Origin: a virus
Lineage: Duplodnaviria > Caudoviricetes
Strand: one strand, 5' to 3'
DNA: 57,495 bases
Virus record (IMG/VR): IMGVR_UViG_3300044742_000040
Location: 1-57,495 of that record
Part shown: positions 16,723 through 26,603 of the stretch, piece after piece
How the letters are laid out: every line of letters begins with the position of its first letter
How positions within the stretch are numbered: the stretch's first letter is position 1
Program-made: the position numbers and the translations under genes
The notes under the pieces: generated by a model
Told to the model about the DNA's origin: nothing
What the model saw: only the letters and a program-made list of their open reading frames with translations
Database searches by the model: none

Positions 16723-17718
16723 ATGGCGAAAGGTCTTAGCTTCCCTGGGCCAACCACTCAGGAATTGGCTCAAGTTCTTGCTGAGCTACAGGCAGGCTTG
16801 TGGGCTGTACGAAAGTGGGATAGAGGCTATTCTGCTGGCAATCCCTATGACGAGTACAGATTTGAAGTATTCGAGACACCGGCCAAATTTACAAGTTCGC
16901 AACCCGAAGATGAATTGAACCGAATGCTCTCTATTGCACTTGAGCAACTAAACGGAATTCATACCAATCCCACTCATGTCGGAATCACTTACTGGAACCT
17001 CGCGCAATCCTATACGCATATCAGGAACATGGGCAGCAGCAAGAATATAAATCTGAAAGCTGGTCGAGAACTTCAGGTCGAATTCCTTGTTGTCAACAAT
17101 GCGATGCAGACCTTCAATCAGGCTGCTAAGAATCTTAGTCACAGTTTTGCAACTATCGGACAAGCAATGCAAGGACTGTCAATGAATGTCATCCCGATGC
17201 CTCATGAGAAGTTGAAAGACCTCGGTGTAGGTATCGAGCCTATCGTCGGGTATCGTGACTTCTACGTGACTCTTGTTAATGGTGCGATGGTTCTCACGTC
17301 ACGTAACGGTGCAGTCTGGAATCCGATTGAGAAGCATCGCGCATTGTGTACTCCGCAGGGACAGACTGCACAACTACTCGATCTTCGTCATGACTCGCCA
17401 AATGAGTTTTGCAATTGTGGTATTTACGCATTCGATGCGCCCGACCATCATGACATGAAGATGAGCAATGCGGTGTGGGGCGAAGTAAATTTGTGGGGAA
17501 ACGTGCTGATCTGTGACTCCGGTTATAGAGCGCAGTTTGCCTACCCGAAGACTCTGTTTGTTGTCAACAACGGTACTGAAACGATCCATTGGGTTGTTGA
17601 GAAACTAACGGAGCTATATATGATTCCCGTATATCTTGTCGATAAGCGAGAGGGACAACTGCCCTCGGATATCATCGGCGGATTGATCGGTGACTTTATG
17701 AAAGGGGGTGATATCTAA
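16723..17718 (+). CDS. Hypothetical protein with C-terminal HxxPxxxCxCGxYA domain
   Basis: VGYR, HDSPNEFCNCGIYAF, GEVNLWG and GYRAQFA motifs. Confidence 0.75.
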   Translation: MAKGLSFPGPTTQELAQVLAELQAGLWAVRKWDRGYSAGNPYDEYRFEVFETPAKFTSSQPEDELNRMLSIALEQLNGIHTNPTHVGITYWNLAQSYTHIRNMGSSKNINLKAGRELQVEFLVVNNAMQTFNQAAKNLSHSFATIGQAMQGLSMNVIPMPHEKLKDLGVGIEPIVGYRDFYVTLVNGAMVLTSRNGAVWNPIEKHRALCTPQGQTAQLLDLRHDSPNEFCNCGIYAFDAPDHHDMKMSNAVWGEVNLWGNVLICDSGYRAQFAYPKTLFVVNNGTETIHWVVEKLTELYMIPVYLVDKREGQLPSDIIGGLIGDFMKGGDI

Positions 17719-18488
17719 TAGCTGCTACTGCGGAATTGAAGGAACGGCTAGGGGCACTCCCTCCCGCTGAATCAATCACGTGGCTCAACATGATGAACTA
17801 TGGTGAGCCAGGAGTAGGAAAGACGCATTTCCTGGGAACCGCACAGGATCATAAGGCCACGTCACCACTGTGCATTATCGATATCGATGGTGGCATCGCT
17901 ACCTTGCGCCATCGTAAGGATATTGACGTGATTCAGGTTCGATCAGTGAAGCAACTGGTATCAGCGTATCGTGAACTGTACAATGCTATCCCTTCCGACG
18001 GTAAGAAATTCCCGTATGGTACTGTCGGTATCGATACGCTCAGTGAGCTTCAGGCACTTGACCTTGTTGAAGTCATGAAGGAATTTAGCAAGGTCAATGA
18101 CAAGATCGATCCAGACGTGCCGGATCAGCGAGGGTATGGGAAGTCAAGTACGCATATGCGACAGCTAGTACGTGCGTTTCGTGACCTACCGTGTAATACC
18201 ATCTTCAACTGTCATGCAGGCTCCGACAGAGATAACAACATGAAGATGATTGTGTTCCCGAAGCTGGTCGGGAAGCTCCGCATTGACATTCCGGGGTTTC
18301 TTGATATTGTTGGCTACTACAGAGCGGAGAGTAATGGCGATGGAGTAACCAGATACATGCAGTTTCAGAAGACCGAGACTGCAATTGCGAAGGATAGAAC
18401 AGGAGCATTCGATCCTGTTGAGGTTGACCCAAGTATTCCTAGCTTGTGGGATAAGCTTCAGACTTCAAATGAAGGAGAGTCCAAGTGA
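17718..18488 (+). CDS. AAA_24 / Sak4-like P-loop ATPase
   Basis: YGEPGVGKT, IDIDGG, IDTLSE, AKDRTG; start ATA 17718 or TTG 17736. Confidence 0.85.
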   Translation: MAATAELKERLGALPPAESITWLNMMNYGEPGVGKTHFLGTAQDHKATSPLCIIDIDGGIATLRHRKDIDVIQVRSVKQLVSAYRELYNAIPSDGKKFPYGTVGIDTLSELQALDLVEVMKEFSKVNDKIDPDVPDQRGYGKSSTHMRQLVRAFRDLPCNTIFNCHAGSDRDNNMKMIVFPKLVGKLRIDIPGFLDIVGYYRAESNGDGVTRYMQFQKTETAIAKDRTGAFDPVEVDPSIPSLWDKLQTSNEGESK

Positions 18489-18997
18489 GTGACTTGTTTG
18501 ACGGTACACTTGATCTAACCGGCTCCGATCCGGATGCAATCGGCTTTCCAGCGATTCCTTCGGGACGCTACGAGGCACACGTGGCGAAAGCAGAGTGGAA
18601 GTCAACGGACAACGTTGACGGCTCTAAGGCACTGCCTCACGCGACACCGTACCTTTCTCTAGGCATTCAGGTGAATGACGACGAGGAGGAGCGCGACGGA
18701 CAGAAGGTCGCCAACATGTACGCGGGATGGATCAATCTGTTCGTTCCGCCTGCGGACTACGATGCGACCAAGGCACAGTCCATGAAGAATCGTATGGCTA
18801 ACTTCCTTGCTGCAATCGGTGAGGATTGGCAGAAAAAGGGTTACAAGATGCCCTCGACCGATGATCTGGTCGGACGTGAGCTTACGGTTATCGTTCGCAA
18901 GAAGTTCGACAAGGTGAACGATAAGTACACTAACGATATCGAAGGCTTCAAGCCTGCTGGTTCGGCTGCAACTTCCGATAGCGGCCTGCTGGTCTGA
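18485..18997 (+). CDS. ssDNA-binding protein (DUF669-like)
   Basis: IPSGRYEA...DLVGRELTVIV...NDIEGF; follows the Sak4-like ATPase. Confidence 0.7.
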   Translation: MSDLFDGTLDLTGSDPDAIGFPAIPSGRYEAHVAKAEWKSTDNVDGSKALPHATPYLSLGIQVNDDEEERDGQKVANMYAGWINLFVPPADYDATKAQSMKNRMANFLAAIGEDWQKKGYKMPSTDDLVGRELTVIVRKKFDKVNDKYTNDIEGFKPAGSAATSDSGLLV

Positions 18998-19008
18998 CAT
19001 AACGCACT

Positions 19009-19039
19009 AAGGGGCACCCCTTTAAGGGGGTGCCCTTTT
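19009..19039 (+). terminator. Intrinsic terminator
   Basis: AAGGGGCACCCC/GGGGTGCCCTTT hairpin with T tail. Confidence 0.8.
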
Positions 19040-19053
19040 GTGTCTTTACAATC

Positions 19054-21276
19054 ATGCATGCCGCCATCGACGCGGAGAAGCGCGTTAGCTTGCTCGATTT
19101 CTTTGAGTACCTATTCAGGTACGACGAAGGCTACCTCGTCCTCGCAACAACAAGACCGCCAGCAAGACGGGATACGTTCAATGAGAAGTTCTTTGCATGG
19201 CCGTCAGAGAAAGAGGAAGCTGTAGAGTTTATCGACAGCGTGACTATGACGCACAACGTGTACTTTTGCGTCAACATCATGTCTGCAAAGAAACGTGTAA
19301 AGGCTAACGCTATTCCGCAGAATCTAGTATGGGCCGATCTGGATGCTTGTCGTCCGGATCAGCTTGAGCATCCCCCGCAATGCGTCATAGAATCATCGCC
19401 CAATAGGTATCAAGCGATCTGGCGCTTAGATCACAAGATCGATCCGCAACTTGCAGAGAACTATGCAAAGAGACTTGCCTACTACTATGCTGACCTTGGT
19501 GTAGATAAGTCGGGTTGGGATAACACTCAGCTTCTCCGCGTTCCTGACACGTACAATTATAAGTATCAGATGGACGAAGCTCCGTCTGTGAGGCTTTTGG
19601 CAAAAGTGGAGCTAGCCATTCCTAGCTCTACGTTCGATCTACTGCCACAGCCGGACGGCAATTCCGCTGTACCTGATGTAGACATGCCGAAGGTGGAGAA
19701 TCTACCTTCCGCCGACATGATCATCTATCGGTATCAGGAGCAGCTTCGGCATAAAGAGCTAGCGTCCATCTTTGTACGGTACTACTCAGAGGAACCTATC
19801 AGCGATTGGTCAGGCGCTCTGTGGCGACTACTATTGCTGTGCTTTGAACTCGGTATGACTGCCGATGAAGTTTTCGTAATTGCCAAGTCTGCAAAGTGCA
19901 ATAAGTATGAGCGTGACGGAAGGCCCGATTCTCACCTATGGCGCGAGGTTGTCAAGGCTGAGCTAGAACAGAAGTCTCTAGAGGTTCTACTCACCGATCA
20001 CAGAAGCCTCGTTATGCCTGCACTCCTCTCGCAGAAAGAGGAGGAAAAGCTTAAGCCTACAATCATTGACGATTACATGGAGTGGGCCGTCGATGTAACT
20101 GATGCCGTTCCGGACTTCCATGAGATTTCATGCGCCATCATCATGTCCGCACTCATGGCGACCACAGTGCGTCTACCGCGCTCACGTGGTCAATCCGTTG
20201 TGCCGAACCTATGGGCACTGATCATTGGCGAGACTTCGCTGACACGTAAGACTACAGCTATGGACATGGCGATGGACTTCATCATGGACGTAGACAGAGA
20301 TTTGATCCTCGCATCCGATGCAACCGCTGAAGGTCTTATGGCATCGCTCGCGCTACGTCCGAAGATGGTATCGATATTCTATCGTGACGAGGTAACAGGA
20401 TTCTTTGACGCTATCAATCGAAAGGAATATCTCGCATCGTTGCCGGAAATGATGACGAAGATGTACGACGTACCGAAGTACATGCTCCGGAAGCTACGGA
20501 AAGAATCGTTCGTAGTGAGCGAGCCTATCTTCATCTTTTTTGGCGGCGGTGTACCAGACAAGATGTACTCACTGATCGAGGAATCGTACTTTGCATCGGG
20601 ATTCATACCTCGCTTCCTTATCATGCGAGGCCATCAGGATACTAGTAAGCTACGCTTCGGGATCGATCCACCCGCCACAGAGAAGACGGACAAGCGTATC
20701 GACTTGCTATCTACGTTCCGCACGTACTACAACATGTACACGGATCAGCAAGTAACGGTAGAGCTTCACGATGGGCAGAAGATGATTACGACGCCCGACA
20801 TAGACGTGACGTTTCCGCCAGCCTACTACGAACGTGCTGCCAAGATAGAGCAACAGCTTACAGAGGCCGCAGAGGACTCGCCAGAGGCACACAAGGCGCT
20901 CCCTATGTTCACGCGAATGTTCACGTCCATGATTAAGCTCAGCATGCTATTCGCCGCATCCCGGCAGGAACCAAACGATTACAAGATAGAGGGCACACTG
21001 GACGATCTTCTCAATGCTGCCTACTACACTCAGAAGTGGGGTAAGCATGCTGTCGATCTGATTCAAAATTCTGGTATCACAAGTGACGAGTCGAAGATGA
21101 TGTCGATATTCAGAACGATTGAAAAGCATCCGGGTGTTCTACGCGGTGACATTATGCGGCGTCACCGTGTGAACGCCCGGATCATGGACGTGATAGAAGA
21201 TACGCTGATCCAACGTAACATGATGGAGTCGCGCCGGAAAGGAAAAGCGAAAACGTACTGGCCGTTGGGGGTTTAG
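19054..21276 (+). CDS. RepB-like primase fused to DUF3987-type helicase
   Basis: WADLD, ESSPNRYQAIW and LLRVPDTYNYK; C-terminal GETSLTRKTT, DE, SGFIPRF. Confidence 0.85.
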   Translation: MHAAIDAEKRVSLLDFFEYLFRYDEGYLVLATTRPPARRDTFNEKFFAWPSEKEEAVEFIDSVTMTHNVYFCVNIMSAKKRVKANAIPQNLVWADLDACRPDQLEHPPQCVIESSPNRYQAIWRLDHKIDPQLAENYAKRLAYYYADLGVDKSGWDNTQLLRVPDTYNYKYQMDEAPSVRLLAKVELAIPSSTFDLLPQPDGNSAVPDVDMPKVENLPSADMIIYRYQEQLRHKELASIFVRYYSEEPISDWSGALWRLLLLCFELGMTADEVFVIAKSAKCNKYERDGRPDSHLWREVVKAELEQKSLEVLLTDHRSLVMPALLSQKEEEKLKPTIIDDYMEWAVDVTDAVPDFHEISCAIIMSALMATTVRLPRSRGQSVVPNLWALIIGETSLTRKTTAMDMAMDFIMDVDRDLILASDATAEGLMASLALRPKMVSIFYRDEVTGFFDAINRKEYLASLPEMMTKMYDVPKYMLRKLRKESFVVSEPIFIFFGGGVPDKMYSLIEESYFASGFIPRFLIMRGHQDTSKLRFGIDPPATEKTDKRIDLLSTFRTYYNMYTDQQVTVELHDGQKMITTPDIDVTFPPAYYERAAKIEQQLTEAAEDSPEAHKALPMFTRMFTSMIKLSMLFAASRQEPNDYKIEGTLDDLLNAAYYTQKWGKHAVDLIQNSGITSDESKMMSIFRTIEKHPGVLRGDIMRRHRVNARIMDVIEDTLIQRNMMESRRKGKAKTYWPLGV

Positions 21277-21938
21277 TGCAACCTACACAGAAGCAGATAG
21301 AGAACGGTACGTTCAAGTTGGTCGATGGCAAATGGCACAAGCGATGTACAGGGCCAGCCCATGAAGAACCAGAGTTTCTACCGGCCACGGATAAGTATTT
21401 TCATAAGCACTTGTCAGGATCAAAGAAGGGTCAGTATCTAACCCGATGCAGGCTGTGTATCAATTGGACAAAACTCAAGACTCGCGGCTCGCATCATGGT
21501 CTAGTGGAAGTCGAGAAGGTGTATCCGTTGTACGCCGAGGCAGTCAACCGTATCGGTATACGCGAGCTAGCCAAACGTGCGGGGGTATCCGAGGGACATA
21601 TCGAGCATGTCATACGCAACGAAACCAAGCATGTTCAGAAACGTCCTGTGCGCGCTGTGCTGTTGGAGCTTACGTCTCTCAAGCGCAAGAACGAGATATC
21701 ACGATCTGCGTCCCTACGGTGGCGCAACGACTCTCGCAATAACAATGGGATGGACACCTGTGCAGGGTGTGGTACTCCAAAGAGCAACATAACAAGGGGG
21801 TGTGAGAACTGTTGGAATAGATACTATGACATGTATCGTAGCAAGAAGATCACGAAGAAAGAATGGGAAAGAATCAAGCGTGAGAACTTCGTGGTCGATG
21901 GCAACGAGAAGGTGCATCTAGGAATCAAAGTAAAGTGA
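21276..21938 (+). CDS. Cys-rich HTH-containing protein
   Basis: GIRELAKRAGVSEGHIEHVIR HTH; CxxC motifs. Confidence 0.65.
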   Translation: MQPTQKQIENGTFKLVDGKWHKRCTGPAHEEPEFLPATDKYFHKHLSGSKKGQYLTRCRLCINWTKLKTRGSHHGLVEVEKVYPLYAEAVNRIGIRELAKRAGVSEGHIEHVIRNETKHVQKRPVRAVLLELTSLKRKNEISRSASLRWRNDSRNNNGMDTCAGCGTPKSNITRGCENCWNRYYDMYRSKKITKKEWERIKRENFVVDGNEKVHLGIKVK

Positions 21939-21946
21939 GGAGAGAC

Positions 21947-22171
21947 ATGTCGGACGTTTACATTCCAGTCGGTATTGCCCTACTTCAGAAGGCTCATAAG
22001 CCTAAGCGTTGGCCGGGTGACGAGGGTGAGCCGTACTATTTCTTTAGCCTGATCGCTTACAACCATGAACCTATCTGTCAGTCCGAGCAGTATACGCAGA
22101 AGCACAATGCGACAGAAATCATCAACAAGTATTTTCACGAATTTGAGCTAAGCGACGAAACTGGTGAGTGA
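21947..22171 (+). CDS. DUF1508/YegP-like protein
   Basis: YYFFSLIAYNHEPICQSEQYTQKHNA. Confidence 0.6.
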   Translation: MSDVYIPVGIALLQKAHKPKRWPGDEGEPYYFFSLIAYNHEPICQSEQYTQKHNATEIINKYFHEFELSDETGE

Positions 22172-22261
22172 GCAACCCTTCCATGCTACTTGTTGTTGGT
22201 TAGCCCTAGCTAGCGTTGCCTTTGAAATTGTTGTAGTCTACATAGTCTGGAAGATGATCGA

Positions 22262-22489
22262 ATGGTTGACCTAGAAGGATACCCACGTACTGTATGGAAT
22301 GAGGACAATCCCGAGCTTCACTATGTTGTCAGCGGTCTATGCAAGAAGTGTGCCCGTATCGACCGGGGCAATTGGGATCGTCACTGGATATACAACATCT
22401 TTACCACTAAGATGCACTTCACAGGAGAAGATGAGTACACCCTGTGCGGTGTATCGGCAACGGAACCGCAATGGCTGTGGCAACTGTAG
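22262..22489 (+). CDS. Hypothetical protein
   Basis: ORF track; overlaps the pol start. Confidence 0.5.
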   Translation: MVDLEGYPRTVWNEDNPELHYVVSGLCKKCARIDRGNWDRHWIYNIFTTKMHFTGEDEYTLCGVSATEPQWLWQL

Positions 22490-24933
22490 CGCCTAAAGCA
22501 CCGGGCGCTCTATGCCATGAGTGTCCACTTGCAGACGCGCAATGCGTGAAGACAAAGAAGCCCACTCTGCATCCTGTGCGCGGTGCAATCGTTTCACGCT
22601 CACCCGGTAGACCCGAAGTTATCGCGGGAGAACCATTTGCAAGTCAGTACGGCAGTGGCAAGATTCTTGATTACCTACTAGGAATGAATGGGGTGAAGCG
22701 TGAGCAAGTCCTCCTCACCAACGTGGTACTCTGTGTTGCCCCGGAAGGCAAGATTCCTCCGGAAGCGATACGAGCATGCGCTCCTCGTCTTAGCGCCGAA
22801 CTCGCAGATATCGATACAGTTGTCGCGGCAGGAGATGAAGCAGTTAAGCTCCTTATTGGACGAGGCTCTATCGGACGATATAGGGGATATCGTCATGAAA
22901 TTAACGGACGGACGGTGGTGGCAACTAACAACCCTGCAATCGTCCTCCATGACGACTCCAAATTTCCCGACCTCAAGAGAGACTTCCAAAGAGCGTTCAA
23001 TCCGCTCCCTCCCCCCACCCTGCCACGAATAGAGGTAATCGAAGATGCCAGAGAAGCCGACGATATCCTCCGACAGCTATCAGACTCCGAATACATTGCT
23101 TGCGATATTGAGTCACGTGGAGGACTTACTCACAAAGCGACCCTTATATCCCTTCAGCTTGCAGATAGAGGAGATACTGCCTTTGTCATCGGAGAACGGG
23201 GAGGTATTTGGGACGATACCCGTTTCATTCAAGATCGACTACGGCCGTACCTTACCAATCCTGATAGAAAATACATCTGGCATGGAGGAAAGTTCGATAC
23301 CAAAATCCTCCGACATACATACGGAATCCAAGCAAGGGTAGATCATGACACTATGTTACTGTCATACGCGCTGGACGAACGATCCGGAACAGATGAAAGA
23401 GTGGGAGTACATGGGCTTGATTATCTCCTCATGGACACTTTCGGATGGCCGCACTACTCTAGCCCTGCTGTGGAACGTGCCAAGAAAACAGGAATCGTAG
23501 AAGACTATGACGAATTCTACGAGTATGCCGGTAGGGATGCCGGTGGTACTTTCCAGTTGTTCCAAGAACAGTATCCAAGGGCTGAGTCCGATGACGTTCT
23601 TAAACCATACAACCATCTATTGCTACGTGGTAACGCTTTCTGTACTGATGTAGAGCTAGACGGCATGATCTACGATGCCGACCGCGCTGGCGACATACAT
23701 GAGTTTGAGGTACTACCTGAGCTAGAGGAAATTCAGAAGCAGCTACAGCAGCATGCAGGCAATCCGTTGCTCAATGTCGCATCGCCTAAGCAAATGTCGC
23801 ATCTATACTATGACGTGTGGGGAATCAAGCATGCCATGCAGAAGCGTAAGCCCCTCAAGAATATGCCCAACCCAGAAAGGTCGATAGATGACTCAGCGCG
23901 TAAAGAGATTCTTGAAGGGCGGTTTAAGTTTCGTGGTGATACCGTCACGGAGAGAAGCGGAAATATCGTTAGACAGGTATCTGCGCTTGATGCGGACGAA
24001 AGAAGGACGTTCTATATTGGGTTTACGGAACTCTACGACCGATATCAAAAACTTGTCAAGCAAGACGGAACCTACCTCGTCGGACTTATCGCAAGAGCAG
24101 AGCTAGATGAAGATTCTAGGATTTACACTCAACTCAATCTACATGGCACAAACTCTGGACGGCTATCCTCATCGAAACCAAACCTTCAGAATATCACGCG
24201 GACAAAGAATGATCTCCCTGATATTCGTAAGCTATTCAGAGCCAGCCCAGGACGCCAGATTGTACAAGCCGACTTCTCTCAAGCGGAACTACGCTGTATC
24301 GCTCAATTTTCGGGGGACAAAGAGCTTACACGCATTTATCGTGACGACCTCTCGCTTCATCGGGAGACTGCAACCAGATTTTTCGGAGCAGATTACAAAC
24401 CCGAGGAGTACCAAACCTGCAAGAATGTAAATTTCGGGGTATTCTACGGTCAGAGTGCCGAGACATTCCAAGAGAAGCATGGAATCCCGAAGCGGCTAGC
24501 TGAGCCATACATAGCATGGGTATGGAAAACGTTTAAAGGCGTAGAAGAATGGGAGAATGAGGTAAGACGTGAAGTCAAAACCAAGCATGTACTCGTTTCA
24601 CCTTTCGGGAGAAAAAAGCGGTTCCATCTACTTACACGTGAAAACCTCCAAGCCGCTTTCAGGGAAGGAATTAACTTCTATCCGCAAAGCACTGCGTCCG
24701 ACCTCACCCTCTGTTCTGGCATTCGGCTTGCTGATGAAATCGATCGATCCAGAGCTTCAATTGGTATTCTGGTTCACGACTCAATCGTTGCAGACGTTGA
24801 GGAAGCGTACATCGAAGAATATTCCACCATCTGCGAACAAATAATGTCCTCTGTAGCCCTTGACGAACTAGGCTGGACACTTCCATTCAAGGCAGAATTC
24901 GGTGTCGGCCCAACATGGGGTGAAGCTAAGTGA
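22471..24933 (+). CDS. Family A DNA polymerase with N-terminal UDG-like and 3'-5' exonuclease domains
   Basis: CHECPL/TNVVLC UDG4-like; CDIE and KFD exonuclease; GRLSSSKPNLQNI, DFSQAELR, KNVNFGVFYG, VHDS. Confidence 0.92.
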   Translation: MAVATVAPKAPGALCHECPLADAQCVKTKKPTLHPVRGAIVSRSPGRPEVIAGEPFASQYGSGKILDYLLGMNGVKREQVLLTNVVLCVAPEGKIPPEAIRACAPRLSAELADIDTVVAAGDEAVKLLIGRGSIGRYRGYRHEINGRTVVATNNPAIVLHDDSKFPDLKRDFQRAFNPLPPPTLPRIEVIEDAREADDILRQLSDSEYIACDIESRGGLTHKATLISLQLADRGDTAFVIGERGGIWDDTRFIQDRLRPYLTNPDRKYIWHGGKFDTKILRHTYGIQARVDHDTMLLSYALDERSGTDERVGVHGLDYLLMDTFGWPHYSSPAVERAKKTGIVEDYDEFYEYAGRDAGGTFQLFQEQYPRAESDDVLKPYNHLLLRGNAFCTDVELDGMIYDADRAGDIHEFEVLPELEEIQKQLQQHAGNPLLNVASPKQMSHLYYDVWGIKHAMQKRKPLKNMPNPERSIDDSARKEILEGRFKFRGDTVTERSGNIVRQVSALDADERRTFYIGFTELYDRYQKLVKQDGTYLVGLIARAELDEDSRIYTQLNLHGTNSGRLSSSKPNLQNITRTKNDLPDIRKLFRASPGRQIVQADFSQAELRCIAQFSGDKELTRIYRDDLSLHRETATRFFGADYKPEEYQTCKNVNFGVFYGQSAETFQEKHGIPKRLAEPYIAWVWKTFKGVEEWENEVRREVKTKHVLVSPFGRKKRFHLLTRENLQAAFREGINFYPQSTASDLTLCSGIRLADEIDRSRASIGILVHDSIVADVEEAYIEEYSTICEQIMSSVALDELGWTLPFKAEFGVGPTWGEAK

Positions 24934-25087
24934 GCAGGCCATACCTACTATCTATAGGTATGGGACTTCCTGTATTCGGCGTATGGATGCACCGATATAT
25001 CCCTGTTAACAGGAAGTATCCTGTACGTTCCTTTAGCAAGTTGGGAATTCACATCGTTTGGACTAGTTACAAAAGAATTGAGAAACT

Positions 25088-25420
25088 ATGACCAAGCTAC
25101 CTGAAGGAACGAAGAACGATCAGGACAAGATTCCGATTGATCTTCTCTCCCCTGACTTCATAATAGGGATATCGAAGATTCTTCAGTTTGGCGCAGTTAA
25201 GTATGAGCCGTACAATTGGGCAAAGGGTATCAAGTATTCCCGTGTGTTCGCGGCGCTACAACGGCACCTGTGGGCATTTTGGGCAGGAGAGGAACTAGAT
25301 GATGAAACAGGTATGCCTCACCTGTGGCATGCAGGCTGTTGTCTCATGTTCCTGATACACTACGAAGCGCACCCTGAGCAATATGTAGAATTTAACGATA
25401 TACCGGGAGAAGCCAAGTGA
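25088..25420 (+). CDS. dATP/dGTP diphosphohydrolase domain protein (DUF5664)
   Basis: GAVKYEPYNWAKG...RHL...DETGMPHLWHA. Confidence 0.88.
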   Translation: MTKLPEGTKNDQDKIPIDLLSPDFIIGISKILQFGAVKYEPYNWAKGIKYSRVFAALQRHLWAFWAGEELDDETGMPHLWHAGCCLMFLIHYEAHPEQYVEFNDIPGEAK

Positions 25421-25629
25421 ATAAAATCGTTCGCGTAACAGAGTATGACAAACTCCAACTGGAAGAACTAACCGAGGTATGGGAAGTAGTTAGAGTGCTG
25501 AACAGGGACGAGGCCGGATATATGTACGTGTTGTTGGAGCGTAATGAAGAACAAAGCGCCGAGAGACAAAAAGCCCATGACGAATATCTGGATATTGTTA
25601 GTCGTATCGACTTTAGGAGAAGTCAATGA
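25417..25629 (+). CDS. Hypothetical protein
   Basis: GTGA overlap, GGGAG RBS. Confidence 0.6.
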   Translation: MNKIVRVTEYDKLQLEELTEVWEVVRVLNRDEAGYMYVLLERNEEQSAERQKAHDEYLDIVSRIDFRRSQ

Positions 25630-25871
25630 AAGATCAGCGCGATGCGACTGCACTTTACTACGAAATACTAGAAATGAAAACTGCGTGGAATTGCACGATC
25701 ATCGAGGCGGCGGACAGGGTTGAGAAGGCGCGGCAGGCCGGTCGCGGTGCCTGGTCTACAGTTGTCTCAGCCCCTCCGATCGGTTTCGCGGACGGCAGGC
25801 CGCAGCGCGGGGAAGCCCGTCAGAAGGGCGCACAGGAGAGCAATGGCCGACCCGAAGCGGAGGCGATTTAG
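25626..25871 (+). CDS. Hypothetical protein
   Basis: AGGAG RBS, ATGA overlap. Confidence 0.55.
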   Translation: MKDQRDATALYYEILEMKTAWNCTIIEAADRVEKARQAGRGAWSTVVSAPPIGFADGRPQRGEARQKGAQESNGRPEAEAI

Positions 25872-25874
25872 CTC

Positions 25875-26384
25875 ATGGAAAGCATAATTGCACTAGACCC
25901 AGGAACCACTACAGGCGTATGTTTTGGGGTAAAGCGAAATGAGGAGGAAGTCCTATATGTAGCGCCGTATGAGCAAGCGTACTCACTTCAGGAATTGTAC
26001 CTTTTGCTACAGGACTTTCTCGGAATCCACTCAGCCGACCATGCGAATATCATCTATGAGGACTTCCAGTATCGCAATTATGCAAGAGCAGGACTAGACC
26101 TCACGCCTGTGAAAATGATAGGAATAATTGAATTGTTCATAGAACGGCATGAACCGATTATACTTGCAACCAAGCAATCACCCTCTACGGGCAAGTCATT
26201 CTACAAGGATGATGAGCTAAAGAGGATCGGCTGCTACAAAGTTGGTATGCAGCACGGGCGTGACGCTACCCGGCATCTATTGCAATGGGCCAACTTCGGA
26301 GCCGGTGGTCAATACTTCGATCATGCCAATCTACAGTATCAGATGTTGGAAGTCGATGCTATCTATAAGAAGATGCAATGGTAG
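25875..26384 (+). CDS. RuvC-like Holliday junction resolvase
   Basis: IIALDPGTTTG, IYEDF and HGRDATRH motifs. Confidence 0.75.
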   Translation: MESIIALDPGTTTGVCFGVKRNEEEVLYVAPYEQAYSLQELYLLLQDFLGIHSADHANIIYEDFQYRNYARAGLDLTPVKMIGIIELFIERHEPIILATKQSPSTGKSFYKDDELKRIGCYKVGMQHGRDATRHLLQWANFGAGGQYFDHANLQYQMLEVDAIYKKMQW

Positions 26385-26427
26385 GGGGTGATTACTATAG
26401 ACGATTGGCCGACGCCTAGCGAATTAT

Positions 26428-26464
26428 AAGGGGGCACTCGCAGGAGAGAAACGAGTGCCCCCTT
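26428..26464. terminator. Hairpin at the convergence of the two arms (likely terminator)
   Basis: AAGGGGGCACTCG/CGAGTGCCCCCTT 13-bp stem. Confidence 0.75.
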
Positions 26465-26474
26465 GCTCCCACCC

Positions 26475-26601
26475 GAAACGCTAGAGCAGCACGTCTCAGA
26501 TGAATCAAGGTTGCAGCACCGAGCCGACCGCTACTTGGTCGTTTGCCCTCTATGGCCTTGATCCCATGAGTCTCCGGAGTTGCGGCTCATTGGAGACTCA
26601 C
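26475..26601 (-). ncRNA. Structured RNA candidate at the end of the late operon
   Basis: Three stems plus a possible GAGCCG/CGGCTC pseudoknot. Confidence 0.45.
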
Positions 26602-26603
26602 GC

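Noticed and set aside
25088-25420. 2-aminoadenine (Z) genome system
   Set aside because: DUF5664 is present, but I recognised no PurZ or DatZ-type gene, and DUF5664 occurs widely without them.
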